Shown in pieces: positions 1 to 9,802 of a stretch of 64,000 nt of DNA. Within the stretch, counting starts at the first letter, position 1, and each line of letters begins with the position of its first letter. The position numbers were made by a program, and so were the translations under genes. Below the pieces are notes generated by a model. It made no database searches. It was not told where the DNA came from and saw nothing but the letters and a program-made list of their open reading frames with translations. Source of the stretch: Phormidium sp. (GTDB taxonomy: Bacteria; Cyanobacteriota; Cyanobacteriia; Cyanobacteriales; Aerosakkonemataceae); contig CP143273.1 of NCBI GenBank assembly GCA_051013385.1, positions 768,001 through 832,000 on the forward strand, in the 5' to 3' direction.

Positions 1-406
1 CTTAGAACGAGAAGATTTAACTCGTGCTGTAGAACCAGATACTTGTTTTTACATTCAAAATGAAGCTTTGGTAAGAGGACGTAAAATTAACTTGCCAGAA
101 GATCCACCACCGGATTTAGCAGTAGAATCAGACTATACCAGTTCTTCTGTCAACAAAGAAGCGCTTTATTCAGCTTTAGGTGTTCCCGAACTCTGGCGAT
201 ATACTAGGAAAACATTGTTGATTTATCGACGAGTTGAAGGAGGATACGAACAGTGCGAACAAAGTTTAGCATTTCCCTTTTTACCAATAGGAGAAATTCC
301 CAATTTTATCGAACAAAGTCGCACAATTGGACAAAGAAGTGCCGTAAAGTTATTTAGACAGCGTATTCGGGAAATTCTTAATAGTCAATCAACAGGTGAC
401 AGTTAG
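1..406 (+). CDS. Uma2 family (DUF820) endonuclease, 5' end outside window
   Basis: Open frame from window start (LEREDLTRAVEPDTCFYIQN...PPPDLAVESDYTSSS...Y..LGVPELWRY), typical cyanobacterial Uma2 motifs. Confidence 0.9.
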   Translation, partial: LEREDLTRAVEPDTCFYIQNEALVRGRKINLPEDPPPDLAVESDYTSSSVNKEALYSALGVPELWRYTRKTLLIYRRVEGGYEQCEQSLAFPFLPIGEIPNFIEQSRTIGQRSAVKLFRQRIREILNSQSTGDS

Positions 407-425
407 AATTGAATATTTAGCAAGT

Positions 426-2555
426 TTAAAATATCTTACTAATTGGTTTTGTTTGGTAAACAGGAATTTCAATACTAAACTCCGTTCCTTTTCCAACTTC
501 CGAAACACAGCGTAAATCACCTTTATGTTTATCTACGATAATCTGATAACAAATAGATAAACCTAAACCCGTACCTTTACCCACAGGTTTTGTAGTAAAG
601 AAAGGATCGAATAACTTAGTTTTATTTTCATCTGAAATCCCACAACCATTGTCTTTAATCTTGACTACGGCGCGGGATTTATCCTCAGATAATTCAGAAT
701 GAATTATAATAGTTGGAACCAAGTTATGATTTGCTGCTTCTTCTTTACTTCGGAATTTGTCTAAAGCATCGATCGCATTACTCAAAATATTCATAAACAC
801 CTGATTTAATTGCCCAGCATAGCATTCCAATAGTGGCAATTTACCATATTCTTTAACTACCTTAACCGCCAAATTTGCCGGAGTCTCTTTCAAACGATTT
901 TGCAAAATCAATAAAGTACTATCAATTCCCTCATGAATATCCACATCTTTCATTTCCGCTTCATCAAAGCGGGAAAAATTGCGTAAAGACAGCACAATTT
1001 CTCGAATTCTATTCGCACCCATACTCATCGATGCTTGAATTTTCTTTAAATCCGTTATGAGAAATTCTAAATCAATTTCTTCTTCCAATTCTTGAATTTC
1101 AGGATCGGGATTAGGATACTTTTCTTGATACAATTCAATTAATCTTAGAAGTTCTTGTGTGTAGTCGGCAGCGTGGGGTAAATTGCCATAAATAAAATTA
1201 ATCGGATTGTTAATTTCATGGGCTACACCTGCTACTAATTGTCCCAAACTAGACATTTTTTCTGTTTGAATTAGCTTCGCTTGTGCTTCCTGTAAAGCTT
1301 GATATGCTTGCCCTGATTTTTCCATTTCTTTTCGCAAGCGTTTTTCATTTACAGTTACTTGTCCCAACAAGTTATAAAAAGATATAGTTAACCTGCCAAT
1401 TTCATCTTCTCGACTCATCAATTCTTCACTTTTAGGACTAGCTTCCGCCAATAAATTACACTCATCCATAATCGGTTGTAAACGCCGATTTAAACTTCTC
1501 ACAAACAGAAAAACTACTATAGCTAAAACAGCTGAAGCACCCATTGCGGCTAATAAAGTTCCCACAATTGAAAAGCGCAATAAAGGGCCAATTATTAACC
1601 ATTTGGGTACCGAAGCTAACAGAATCCAATTATTATTAGAAATTTTTCTATATGCCCAAAATTCCTGCTTACCTTCTTTGTCTTGCCAAGATATAATTCC
1701 CGTATTCCCAGCACTATATTTCAGTTTCGAGTTGATTTTCTGCCAGAGTTTAGCATAGTTATTTATTTGCGGAAAGGACTTTAAATCAAGTGCTAAGTTA
1801 GGATTTGGCGGATAAGCAATTAAATTACCTTTCGGACTCAATAACACAAAATAACCATAATCTCTCATCACAGGCTTGGATAATTTCTCACTAATAAATC
1901 CCAATTCTAAATCTAGTGCCATTACTCCCAAGAGTTGTTTTTTATTATTATAAAATGGCAAGGTATAACTGGTGCTAACGAATATTTCCGGCGGATCAAC
2001 TGTGGTTTCTTTATAGCGAACTGGCTCGAGCCAAATTGCTTTACCTGCCTTAATGGGCTCTCTAAAATAACTTTCTTGAAAATCTCCCGGTTCACTTTCT
2101 CCGCCTTTGGCAATTACTTTACCATTTTTGTCCCGAATCGCGAATGGATAGGCATACTTTCTTTCAGGAATAATCAAACGTTTTTCTGGGGGTTGCCCAA
2201 AACCTAGTCCCGTTCCTAACGGCGAAGTTTGCAAAGAACGCCGGATTAAATCAACATAAACAAATTCTCTTTTTTCCCCGGATTGATGAAGTGTTGTCGC
2301 TGCATCTGCCACTAGTTTTGCAGTATTTTCAAAGCTTTTAAAATTACCTTCTAAGCTTTCGGCTTGGACTTCTAAACTAGAGAGTAATTCAGCTTTTGAT
2401 TGTTTAACAAGTTCCTGGTAAAATAGATATGATGCACAAAGTAAACCTACTAATGTTCCGCCCAATACCGAGAGAAACAGTTTCCCTCCAACCGATTTTA
2501 ACAAGGAAATTTTTTGGGGACGCAACTGGGTAATTTCTAATAAATTTGTTCGCAT
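426..2555 (-). CDS. Membrane sensor histidine kinase with periplasmic Cache-type domain
   Basis: Two TM segments flanking an extracellular domain, H-box LGQLVAGVAHEINNP, N-box QVFMNILSNAIDA, G-boxes DNGCG / PFFTTKPVGKGTGLGL. Confidence 0.92.
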   Translation of the reverse strand: MRTNLLEITQLRPQKISLLKSVGGKLFLSVLGGTLVGLLCASYLFYQELVKQSKAELLSSLEVQAESLEGNFKSFENTAKLVADAATTLHQSGEKREFVYVDLIRRSLQTSPLGTGLGFGQPPEKRLIIPERKYAYPFAIRDKNGKVIAKGGESEPGDFQESYFREPIKAGKAIWLEPVRYKETTVDPPEIFVSTSYTLPFYNNKKQLLGVMALDLELGFISEKLSKPVMRDYGYFVLLSPKGNLIAYPPNPNLALDLKSFPQINNYAKLWQKINSKLKYSAGNTGIISWQDKEGKQEFWAYRKISNNNWILLASVPKWLIIGPLLRFSIVGTLLAAMGASAVLAIVVFLFVRSLNRRLQPIMDECNLLAEASPKSEELMSREDEIGRLTISFYNLLGQVTVNEKRLRKEMEKSGQAYQALQEAQAKLIQTEKMSSLGQLVAGVAHEINNPINFIYGNLPHAADYTQELLRLIELYQEKYPNPDPEIQELEEEIDLEFLITDLKKIQASMSMGANRIREIVLSLRNFSRFDEAEMKDVDIHEGIDSTLLILQNRLKETPANLAVKVVKEYGKLPLLECYAGQLNQVFMNILSNAIDALDKFRSKEEAANHNLVPTIIIHSELSEDKSRAVVKIKDNGCGISDENKTKLFDPFFTTKPVGKGTGLGLSICYQIIVDKHKGDLRCVSEVGKGTEFSIEIPVYQTKPISKIF

Positions 2556-2585
2556 AATATCACCAATGAATGAGTAAATTTGATA

Positions 2586-3239
2586 TTAGCAAAGAGGTTG
2601 TAAATTGTTAGCGATCGCACTGACACCTAACTGACTATACTCAAGTTTGTTCGCCCGATCGTAGTAACAGTTGAGAATTGAATCTATCTTAGCTTTTCCT
2701 TGAGCGATCGCACTTACCTTATCAATATACTGAGCATCGATTAACCTATTTAAAGGTTGTTCCACTCCATTAAAATATTCCATCGCTGCGGCGATTTTGA
2801 GATCCCATTCTGGATAAAATTGCAACATATCATCAGGCATTACTATAGTGCGCGAACAACCCTTTTCCGGCAAACAGTAAAAAGGTTCATCTAAATTTAA
2901 ATAACCATAATCATCAGTTAACTCTTCTCCTGGGTAAATATCCCGCACCGCCACTTCAAACTTGTAAGGCGTACTCATACAATTAGAATTGAAACTATGA
3001 TTGACAAACTTAGCAATATCCCAACATAATATGTACTTACCATCGCGATCGCGATAACAATACTTAAGCAACTTCTGTCGCAGCACAGTATCCCGCGAAT
3101 TTACATAAGTTTCATCAAACTTTTGATCTAACTCATCTAACACCCAAGTAATCGTACCTTGGGGAATAAACTTAGTCGCAAAAACTCCGTAACCTACATA
3201 CTTATTTATATAGAGAAGTTCTGTATCTGGATGAATCAT
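2586..3239 (-). CDS. SET domain protein (putative lysine methyltransferase)
   Basis: Likely start MIHPDTEL at 3239; GYGVFATKFIPQGT, KFVNHS and GEELTDDY SET motifs, Cys-containing post-SET segment. Confidence 0.85.
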   Translation of the reverse strand: MIHPDTELLYINKYVGYGVFATKFIPQGTITWVLDELDQKFDETYVNSRDTVLRQKLLKYCYRDRDGKYILCWDIAKFVNHSFNSNCMSTPYKFEVAVRDIYPGEELTDDYGYLNLDEPFYCLPEKGCSRTIVMPDDMLQFYPEWDLKIAAAMEYFNGVEQPLNRLIDAQYIDKVSAIAQGKAKIDSILNCYYDRANKLEYSQLGVSAIANNLQPLC

Positions 3240-3395
3240 ACCTTTTGCACCTGGTAATATAATAGTTGCCAATTCCGAGCAACTGATGAGCGATAACAAG
3301 AAGACACTATTACTAGCAGCCTTGGAGAAGTTTTCAACTTTAAATAGATTACAGTTTAAGAGAAATATAATGGCGAATAAATTTAAAAATTCGTA

Positions 3396-4313
3396 ATGGA
3401 CTTGCCACTGATATATCATCCTGACTACATTGCACCACTTCCAGAGGGACATCGTTTTCCCATGTCCAAATTTTGCCAACTCTACGAATTACTTTTAACT
3501 GATGGAACTGCCAAACCGCAACAATTTCATGCACCCAAACACCCTCCCTTAGAATCGATTAAATTAGTTCACACACCAGAATATGTGCAAGCTTACTGTG
3601 AAGGCACGCTAGACAGCAAAGCCCAAAGAAGAATAGGATTACCTTGGAGTCCAGCCTTAGTTAATCGCACCTGCATTGCCGTAGGTGGAACCATTTTGAC
3701 AGCCCAATTAGCATTAACTCATGGTTTAGCCTGCAACACTGCGGGAGGAACACATCACGCCTTCCCCAATTATGGATCTGGTTTTTGTATTTTTAACGAT
3801 TTAGCCATAGCCGCCCGTGTTTTGCAACAGATGGGGCTGATTCAAAAAGTTTTAATTGTAGACTTAGATGTACATCAAGGAGACGGTACCGCCTTAATTT
3901 TTCAGGAAGACGAAAGCGTTTTCACCTTTTCCATGCACTGTGAAGTAAATTTTCCCGGTACTAAGCAAAAAAGTGACCTTGATGTTCCCTTACCAGAGGG
4001 AATGGAAGATGACGCATATTTACAAACTCTTGCTAGTTACTTGCCCGACTTATTGAGCCAAGTGAAGCCAGATTTAGTACTATATGATGCAGGAGTCGAT
4101 ATTCATTTAGCCGATCGCTTAGGTAAATTAGCCCTCACAGACACCGGAATTTATCGTCGGGAAATGCAAGTTTTAAGCACCTGTATCGCCAAAGGTTATC
4201 CCGTCGCTTGTGTCATCGGAGGCGGTTATGCTGACGACCTCAAAAGTTTAGTTTATCGTCATTCCCTAGTTCATCGCGCCGCCAGCGAGATCTACCATCA
4301 GTACCATCTTTAA
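3396..4313 (+). CDS. Histone deacetylase family protein
   Basis: GGTHHA, GFCIFND, DLDVHQGDG, YDAGVD and GGGY motifs. Confidence 0.93.
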   Translation: MDLPLIYHPDYIAPLPEGHRFPMSKFCQLYELLLTDGTAKPQQFHAPKHPPLESIKLVHTPEYVQAYCEGTLDSKAQRRIGLPWSPALVNRTCIAVGGTILTAQLALTHGLACNTAGGTHHAFPNYGSGFCIFNDLAIAARVLQQMGLIQKVLIVDLDVHQGDGTALIFQEDESVFTFSMHCEVNFPGTKQKSDLDVPLPEGMEDDAYLQTLASYLPDLLSQVKPDLVLYDAGVDIHLADRLGKLALTDTGIYRREMQVLSTCIAKGYPVACVIGGGYADDLKSLVYRHSLVHRAASEIYHQYHL

Positions 4314-4401
4314 TGCCAGACTAAAGACAGAGGAGCAATCCAGTTCCCTTGTCGATAAACTTAAGTTAGAGCAGGTGATTGTAACCTGTAAAGGATAAAC
4401 C

Positions 4402-5541
4402 GTGCTGCTATCCAAAGGTTTTGAAGTTGAAATGTACACCGGGACACCACAAGGAGATATTGTGGGTCTTTCCGATCGCATTGTGGCAGACCTAGACGGT
4501 TTTGTAAAAGAACCAGACAGCCGCAATGTCGAATATACTACCGCGCCTTTATGGTGTTACGATCGCTTACTCTGTGCCCTCGTCCGTCCCAGACAGCGAC
4601 TCCGAGCCTACCTGCAACGTTTAGGCGATTATACCTTAATTCCCGGCAGTACCTTGTCCTTGGGCGGGAGCGATCGATTTTGGCGTTCCGACCCCCAAAA
4701 CCCCTACCATACTTACATAGAAAACACCTACGGCACCAAAGTCGTCACCGCCAGCATACACATCAACATTGGCATTTCCCAACCAGAATTACTCATGCGG
4801 GCAATTCGCCTCATCCGCATGGAAGCACCACTCATTCTCGCCCTCAGCGCCTCATCCCCATTCCTCGAAGGTCAACCAACCGGATATCATTCTACCCGTT
4901 GGGGACTTTTTCCCAAAACACCCGCCCACGTTCCCCTTTTTGAAAGTCACGCCCACTTCATCCGTTGGACAGAAGAACAGTTAGCCAAAGGAACAATGCA
5001 AAACGTCCGACACCTTTGGTCATCCATCCGTCCCAATGGTAACAACCGTCCCCACGACTTGAATCGTTTAGAACTGCGAATTTGTGATTTAGTAGTAGAT
5101 CCCATCTCTCTTTTAGCCATCACCGCCCTACTAGAAGCCAGAATTTGGCAATTAATCCAAGATCCTACCCTCGATCCTTTAGAAAAAAGCCAACTTTCTC
5201 CCGAAGACTTAGTAACTCTCACCGATGCCAACGAAGACGCAGCCGCTAAATTGAGTTTAGAAGCCCAACTCAGACATTGGAAAGATGGTCAACCAATTTT
5301 GGCTAGGGATTGGATTGAACAAATTTACCAGGAAGTTTGGCCCTTCGCCAAACAGCGAGGCTTTAGCTGTTTCCTCTCCCCCCTGAAAAAAATCCTCCGG
5401 GAAGGTAACACCGCCCAAAAATGGTTAGCCCAAGTCGATCAAGGTTTAGATCCCCGCCAAGTCATCACCCAAGCCATCCAAACTACCCTAACTCAAGAAC
5501 AAGAACTAGAAGACAAACTCTGCCAAGTCTTAGTCGCCTAG
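4402..5541 (+). CDS. gshA: Glutamate--cysteine ligase (cyanobacterial type)
   Basis: LLSKGFEVEMYTG N-terminus, EPDSRNVEY, ASIHINIG, LNRLELRICDL. Confidence 0.9.
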   Translation: MLLSKGFEVEMYTGTPQGDIVGLSDRIVADLDGFVKEPDSRNVEYTTAPLWCYDRLLCALVRPRQRLRAYLQRLGDYTLIPGSTLSLGGSDRFWRSDPQNPYHTYIENTYGTKVVTASIHINIGISQPELLMRAIRLIRMEAPLILALSASSPFLEGQPTGYHSTRWGLFPKTPAHVPLFESHAHFIRWTEEQLAKGTMQNVRHLWSSIRPNGNNRPHDLNRLELRICDLVVDPISLLAITALLEARIWQLIQDPTLDPLEKSQLSPEDLVTLTDANEDAAAKLSLEAQLRHWKDGQPILARDWIEQIYQEVWPFAKQRGFSCFLSPLKKILREGNTAQKWLAQVDQGLDPRQVITQAIQTTLTQEQELEDKLCQVLVA

Positions 5542-5545
5542 TCAA

Positions 5546-5711
5546 GCAGGGGGGCAGGGGGGCAGGGGGGCAGGGGGGCAGGGGGGCAGGGGGGCAGGGG
5601 GGCAGAGGGGCAGGGGGGCAGGGGGGCAGAGGGGCAGGGGGGCAGGGGGGCAGAGGGGCAGAGGGGCAGGGGGGCAGGGGGGCAGAGGGGCAGAGGGGCA
5701 GAGGGGCAGGG
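5546..5711 (+). repeat. G-rich octamer tandem repeat (GCAGGGGG/GCAGAGGG), about 20 copies
   Basis: Directly visible; STRR-like repeat of filamentous cyanobacteria. Confidence 0.95.
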
Positions 5712-5719
5712 GAGAATTT

Positions 5720-5888
5720 AAAACTCAAAACTCTCCAACTCTACAAAACTCAAAACTCAAAACTCTCCAACTCTACAAAACTCAAAACTCAAAACTCAAA
5801 ACTCTCCAACTCTACAAAACTCAAAACTCAAAACTCAAAACTCTCCAACTCTACAAAACTCAAAACTCAAAACTCAAAACTCAAAACT
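5720..5888 (+). repeat. AAAACTC heptamer array punctuated by four TCCAACTCTAC spacers
   Basis: Directly visible higher-order repeat. Confidence 0.95.
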
Positions 5889-6048
5889 TTCCCAGTCCCC
5901 AAATCCCCCCCGGAAGTATCAGAATATTTAATCAATCGATCGACATTCTCTTTGATTAATAAAAACTATTAAATGAGACTAAATTGTTAGTAAAATTTAA
6001 AAAAGTAATATTCACAGATTAGTGCGATCGCACAAGCATAAACTCCTC

Positions 6049-6510
6049 ATGGCGAAAGTGGTTTTGGTACACCCCCAAATTCCCCCCAATACAGGCAATA
6101 TTGCCCGAACTTGTGCCGCCACAGGCACAGAACTGCATTTAGTCGGGCCTTTAGGGTTTGAAATTAGCGATCGTTACCTCAAAAGAGCAGGTTTAGATTA
6201 CTGGCCCTTCGTAAAACTACACAATCACCAGTCCTGGTCAGAATTTTTTGCCCGACATCAACAACTTGGAGGGCGATTAATCGGATTTACCACTTCAGGA
6301 AGATGCAGCTATCTCAAAATCCAATACCAACCCGATGACTGGCTATTGTTCGGTAGCGAAACCACAGGACTACCACCAGACATCCTAGCAATCTGCACAC
6401 AAACAGTTTACATTCCCATGTCTGAACGCGGTGTGCGTAGCTTAAACCTCTCCGTAAGCGTAGCAGCTGGCTTATTTGAAGCTAGGCGACAACTTGGTTA
6501 TCTAGACTAA
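6049..6510 (+). CDS. trmL: tRNA (cytidine(34)-2'-O)-methyltransferase (SpoU family)
   Basis: PQIPPNTGNIARTCA, LKRAGLDYW, FGSETTGLP, RSLNLS. Confidence 0.93.
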   Translation: MAKVVLVHPQIPPNTGNIARTCAATGTELHLVGPLGFEISDRYLKRAGLDYWPFVKLHNHQSWSEFFARHQQLGGRLIGFTTSGRCSYLKIQYQPDDWLLFGSETTGLPPDILAICTQTVYIPMSERGVRSLNLSVSVAAGLFEARRQLGYLD

Positions 6511-7202
6511 CTAAAACCACTGCTCACATCTGAGCTTAGTAGAACCCGATAAATATATACCTCAAGAAGCTGTTTGTCAACTAACTCTAGATTGGCATAT
6601 ATTCATCCAAATATCTCAGACGATCTCTTGGTGCGATCGAGCAAGCTGAAATATTCAAACAGTTAAAAACTATATACCGCTTATTGTTCAGGATAACAGA
6701 TTATTTTTATATATTAACATAAATTTGACGATCTAGCATAAGAAATTTGTATTGATTAAGCCATTGCTAGAGAGAGATCCACCGATAGAGATTATTCATT
6801 ATTGCCAAATTACTGTACACAAAGGCAAAAGTTGTAGTAAATTTCTAGCTTAACTGTTCTAGTTTTAGGCAGTGATTTAGCCTAGCCTTGCTCAAATCAG
6901 CACAGAGTCTCAAACTCGAATGATGCAATTTAGGTGCTGAGTTTTGTTCTAAGGGTGCTATAAATCTATGAAGTACACAAAAAGCATCTACCGAAGAGCG
7001 ATTTAGCCCTGGATAATTCCTGTAAGTCTCTTTCAGGAAAGCTCGCTGAATAGCCGTTTAAAGCAATATCAATCATTCACCGAATCAGGGTTTATAATCA
7101 GCAAGTGCAAATTTATTAATTCTTGTAAACTTGTCTAAATTCAAAAACCAAGGTAGTCTTGCTTAAGCATCTTTACTGTCAGTGATCTGGAACAAAAGCA
7201 AA

Positions 7203-7218
7203 TGTGATACCAATCACA
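7203..7218. promoter_or_regulatory. CRP/SyCRP1-type binding site TGTGA-N6-TCACA
   Basis: tgtgaTACCAAtcaca, a perfect consensus about 70 bp upstream of the LysM/M23 start. Confidence 0.6.
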
Positions 7219-7286
7219 GGGCTTGTAAAGTTTGACAAAGCATCCATCAGGGCAGTTAAACGCTAGTGAAAGTAGGAGGTCGTTTT

Positions 7287-9461
7287 TTGAAACGAGCATT
7301 GACGCAGAAGATTAATCCCATCCCTGCCTGTGCAGCAGATGATTGCTCAATGGTGGGATCTTTAAAGCCAATTCCACCAGAGGTAAACCGAAGAACCCGC
7401 ACCTCTGCGGCTATGATTGGCTTAGCTATTTCAATGGGAGCGTCTAGTAGCGTCCTACTAACAGGTCAGGGAGACAGTGCAGTAGCCACTGAATCAGGAG
7501 CTAATTGGGCGGTATCAACTTTTACCACTGCTCCGACCGAAACAATGGGTTCTCAAGAGGTTAAATCGGTCACAGTAGAAGCAGCCGAGCCAAAACCGCT
7601 GGCAGAGCCAAACCAGGAATTACCAGCTAATGCTAGCTCATCCCTAAATCAGGACAGTGATGGAACCGAAAGCCAAAGTGCAACAATTGAGCAACCAGCA
7701 GAGGTTTCAGAAACACCTGACAGCCAAACAGCTACAGCAAGTAGCGTCGATCAACTTTTAAAAGTCAAACAAGCGGTAGCACTCAATCGTCTGAAAGAGT
7801 CATCGAACCGCTTGCGAAATAGTCTGGCGGAGTGGAAGTCTGAGGAGTCTTCTGTTAATTTAGCGGTGCGTGTGAGCGAACCTGCGGCACCAACTGTAGT
7901 TTCCAGGCAATTACAGCCTATTCTCGAATCATCGAAAACTGTAGAACCAGTTTCTCCCCAATGGCAAGCTCAGGTAGCAACAGTCAAGCCAGCAGTAGCA
8001 GTGCCAGCCCAAACCAAGCCGGAGTTAGGGCAACAGCTACAGGTAGAAGAACCTACTGTTTCAGTAGTTTATCAAGTTAAACCAGGGGATACTATTGCCG
8101 CGATCGCAAGGAAATATGACGTTTCCGTAGCCACCATAGCAAAAGCTAACCAACTGGATAACCCCCATCGCATCCGAGTTGCTGAGCAACTGAAAGTTCC
8201 CCAAAATACTTTTAGTGCCCTACCAATTAGCAACCAACAGTGGGATAGGAACTACTCAGAATTTCAGCCAGTTACACCCAATTTGGCAACTGAAACTGAA
8301 TTAAATAACTCGGCACCAAACTTGCCAGTAGTTTCAGCCCTACTGCCGCAACAAACAGGTGAAAATGCACCAGCAGATGTGACAGCAGCCGCATTTCCAC
8401 TCACCCAACAAGGAACAGATGATATCCCAGGTTGGGATGTTTCCGCAAATGAGCCAGTAGTAGAAACCATTTCGGCTCCCGGAGCAGGAAACAAATTCCT
8501 TTCCGCTAGCAAGCCAACTGGTGTGACTAATCAAGACAATTTATCGGCTCAAACTCAAAATAATCAGTTTGTTCTAGCAGAAAACGTTACCAATCAAGAA
8601 GCCTCTAATAGAACAAAACAGTATTCTAATCCCTATGTAGAGCGACTACGGGCGGAAATTCTCCAACTCCGGCAGCATGGACGGCAGCAACCAGGTACTC
8701 ATCCGCCAGCAAATAATCCAGCTTGGAATGGCACGACAGCAACACCACCAGCCACAAACACCAATAATTCAGCTGCTCAATTACGTGGCACAAACAACTA
8801 CCCAGTAAATCCTGATTTCCGGCCTAACCAATATAACCAAGCTCTACAAGCGGAAATCCAAAGACGTGCCGAAGAAGCGCCAGCTAACTTACCTCGCACT
8901 TCTTACCCAATCCCACAAGCTGCCCCAACTCAATCCAGAAGACAGCAAGTGGCGGTAGCACCATTAGGCGTAGACCCCTATCAGCCTTACAACCAAAACT
9001 TACCAGGTCAGACTGTAGATCCTGATTTACCACCGATCCAGAATCCCTATTATAACTATCCTGGTTATCACCAACAGATGAATGGGTATAGCTGGCCTGC
9101 AAGAGGAACACTCACCTCTGGTTATGGTTGGCGCTGGGGCAGAATGCACAGAGGGATTGATATTGCGGCTCCCACTGGCACACCAATTTTTGCTTCGGCT
9201 CCCGGAGTTGTCGTTTATGCTCGTTGGAATTCTGGTGGCTACGGCAATTTAGTGCAGATTAGACATCCAGATGGTAGTCTGACTCGCTATGCCCACAACA
9301 GCCGTATTTTCGTACAAGAAGGGCAAATAGTTGAGCAAGGTCAACATATTGCTGCTATGGGTAGCACCGGACGCAGTACTGGCCCCCACTTGCACTTTGA
9401 AGTACATCCCGAAGGACGGGGAGCAGTTAACCCGATGGCTTTCTTACCTCGTGGTAACTAA
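7287..9461 (+). CDS. LysM + M23 peptidoglycan DD-endopeptidase (NlpD-like)
   Basis: AGGAGG then TTG start at 7287; LysM YQVKPGDTIAAIARKY; M23 motifs HRGID and HLHFEV. Confidence 0.9.
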   Translation: MKRALTQKINPIPACAADDCSMVGSLKPIPPEVNRRTRTSAAMIGLAISMGASSSVLLTGQGDSAVATESGANWAVSTFTTAPTETMGSQEVKSVTVEAAEPKPLAEPNQELPANASSSLNQDSDGTESQSATIEQPAEVSETPDSQTATASSVDQLLKVKQAVALNRLKESSNRLRNSLAEWKSEESSVNLAVRVSEPAAPTVVSRQLQPILESSKTVEPVSPQWQAQVATVKPAVAVPAQTKPELGQQLQVEEPTVSVVYQVKPGDTIAAIARKYDVSVATIAKANQLDNPHRIRVAEQLKVPQNTFSALPISNQQWDRNYSEFQPVTPNLATETELNNSAPNLPVVSALLPQQTGENAPADVTAAAFPLTQQGTDDIPGWDVSANEPVVETISAPGAGNKFLSASKPTGVTNQDNLSAQTQNNQFVLAENVTNQEASNRTKQYSNPYVERLRAEILQLRQHGRQQPGTHPPANNPAWNGTTATPPATNTNNSAAQLRGTNNYPVNPDFRPNQYNQALQAEIQRRAEEAPANLPRTSYPIPQAAPTQSRRQQVAVAPLGVDPYQPYNQNLPGQTVDPDLPPIQNPYYNYPGYHQQMNGYSWPARGTLTSGYGWRWGRMHRGIDIAAPTGTPIFASAPGVVVYARWNSGGYGNLVQIRHPDGSLTRYAHNSRIFVQEGQIVEQGQHIAAMGSTGRSTGPHLHFEVHPEGRGAVNPMAFLPRGN

Positions 9462-9619
9462 GCAGAGGAAATGCGGAGAATAGGGAGATGGGGGAAATAC
9501 TCTTCCTTCTTCCCTACTTCCTGTTCCCAATCACTTTACCTACCATCTAACTGAAAAATCAAAAAAAGCTTGCAATTTCTGGAAATACTGTGTTAAATTA
9601 ATAAAAGTCACAAAAAGAA

Positions 9620-9693
9620 GGCTCAGTAGCTCAGTTGGTTAGAGCACGGGACTCATAAGCCTGGGGTCGTTGGTTCAAATCCGACCTGAGCCA
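9620..9693 (+). tRNA. tRNA-Met (CAT), elongator-type
   Basis: GGCTCAG/CTGAGCC acceptor stem, D-loop AGTTGGTTA, anticodon loop CTCATAA, TTCAAAT T-loop; TTGCAA...TAAATT promoter upstream. Confidence 0.93.
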
Positions 9694-9802
9694 TTTGAAA
9701 AACTAAATAAATCAAGGGTTTCAGCCAAACCACCTTCCCGCCTTTCACTGCATTATTTCACATATTCCCCTAGACAATCCACTAGTTAAAACAGTTGCGA
9801 GT

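Noticed and set aside
3240..3479. N-terminal extension of the SET ORF
   Set aside because: Overlaps the HDAC gene and spacer; SET-like sequence begins at ATG 3239
5720..5888. Regularly spaced repeats resembling a CRISPR array
   Set aside because: Intervening sequences are identical heptamers, not unique spacers; no cas genes
5421..5972. 183 aa GGRGA/KLKTQNS ORF and its antisense PLPPC ORF
   Set aside because: Translation of tandem repeats
7040..7110. CGCTGAAT resembling the start of a ydaO c-di-AMP riboswitch before a cell-wall hydrolase
   Set aside because: Remaining conserved ydaO blocks are absent
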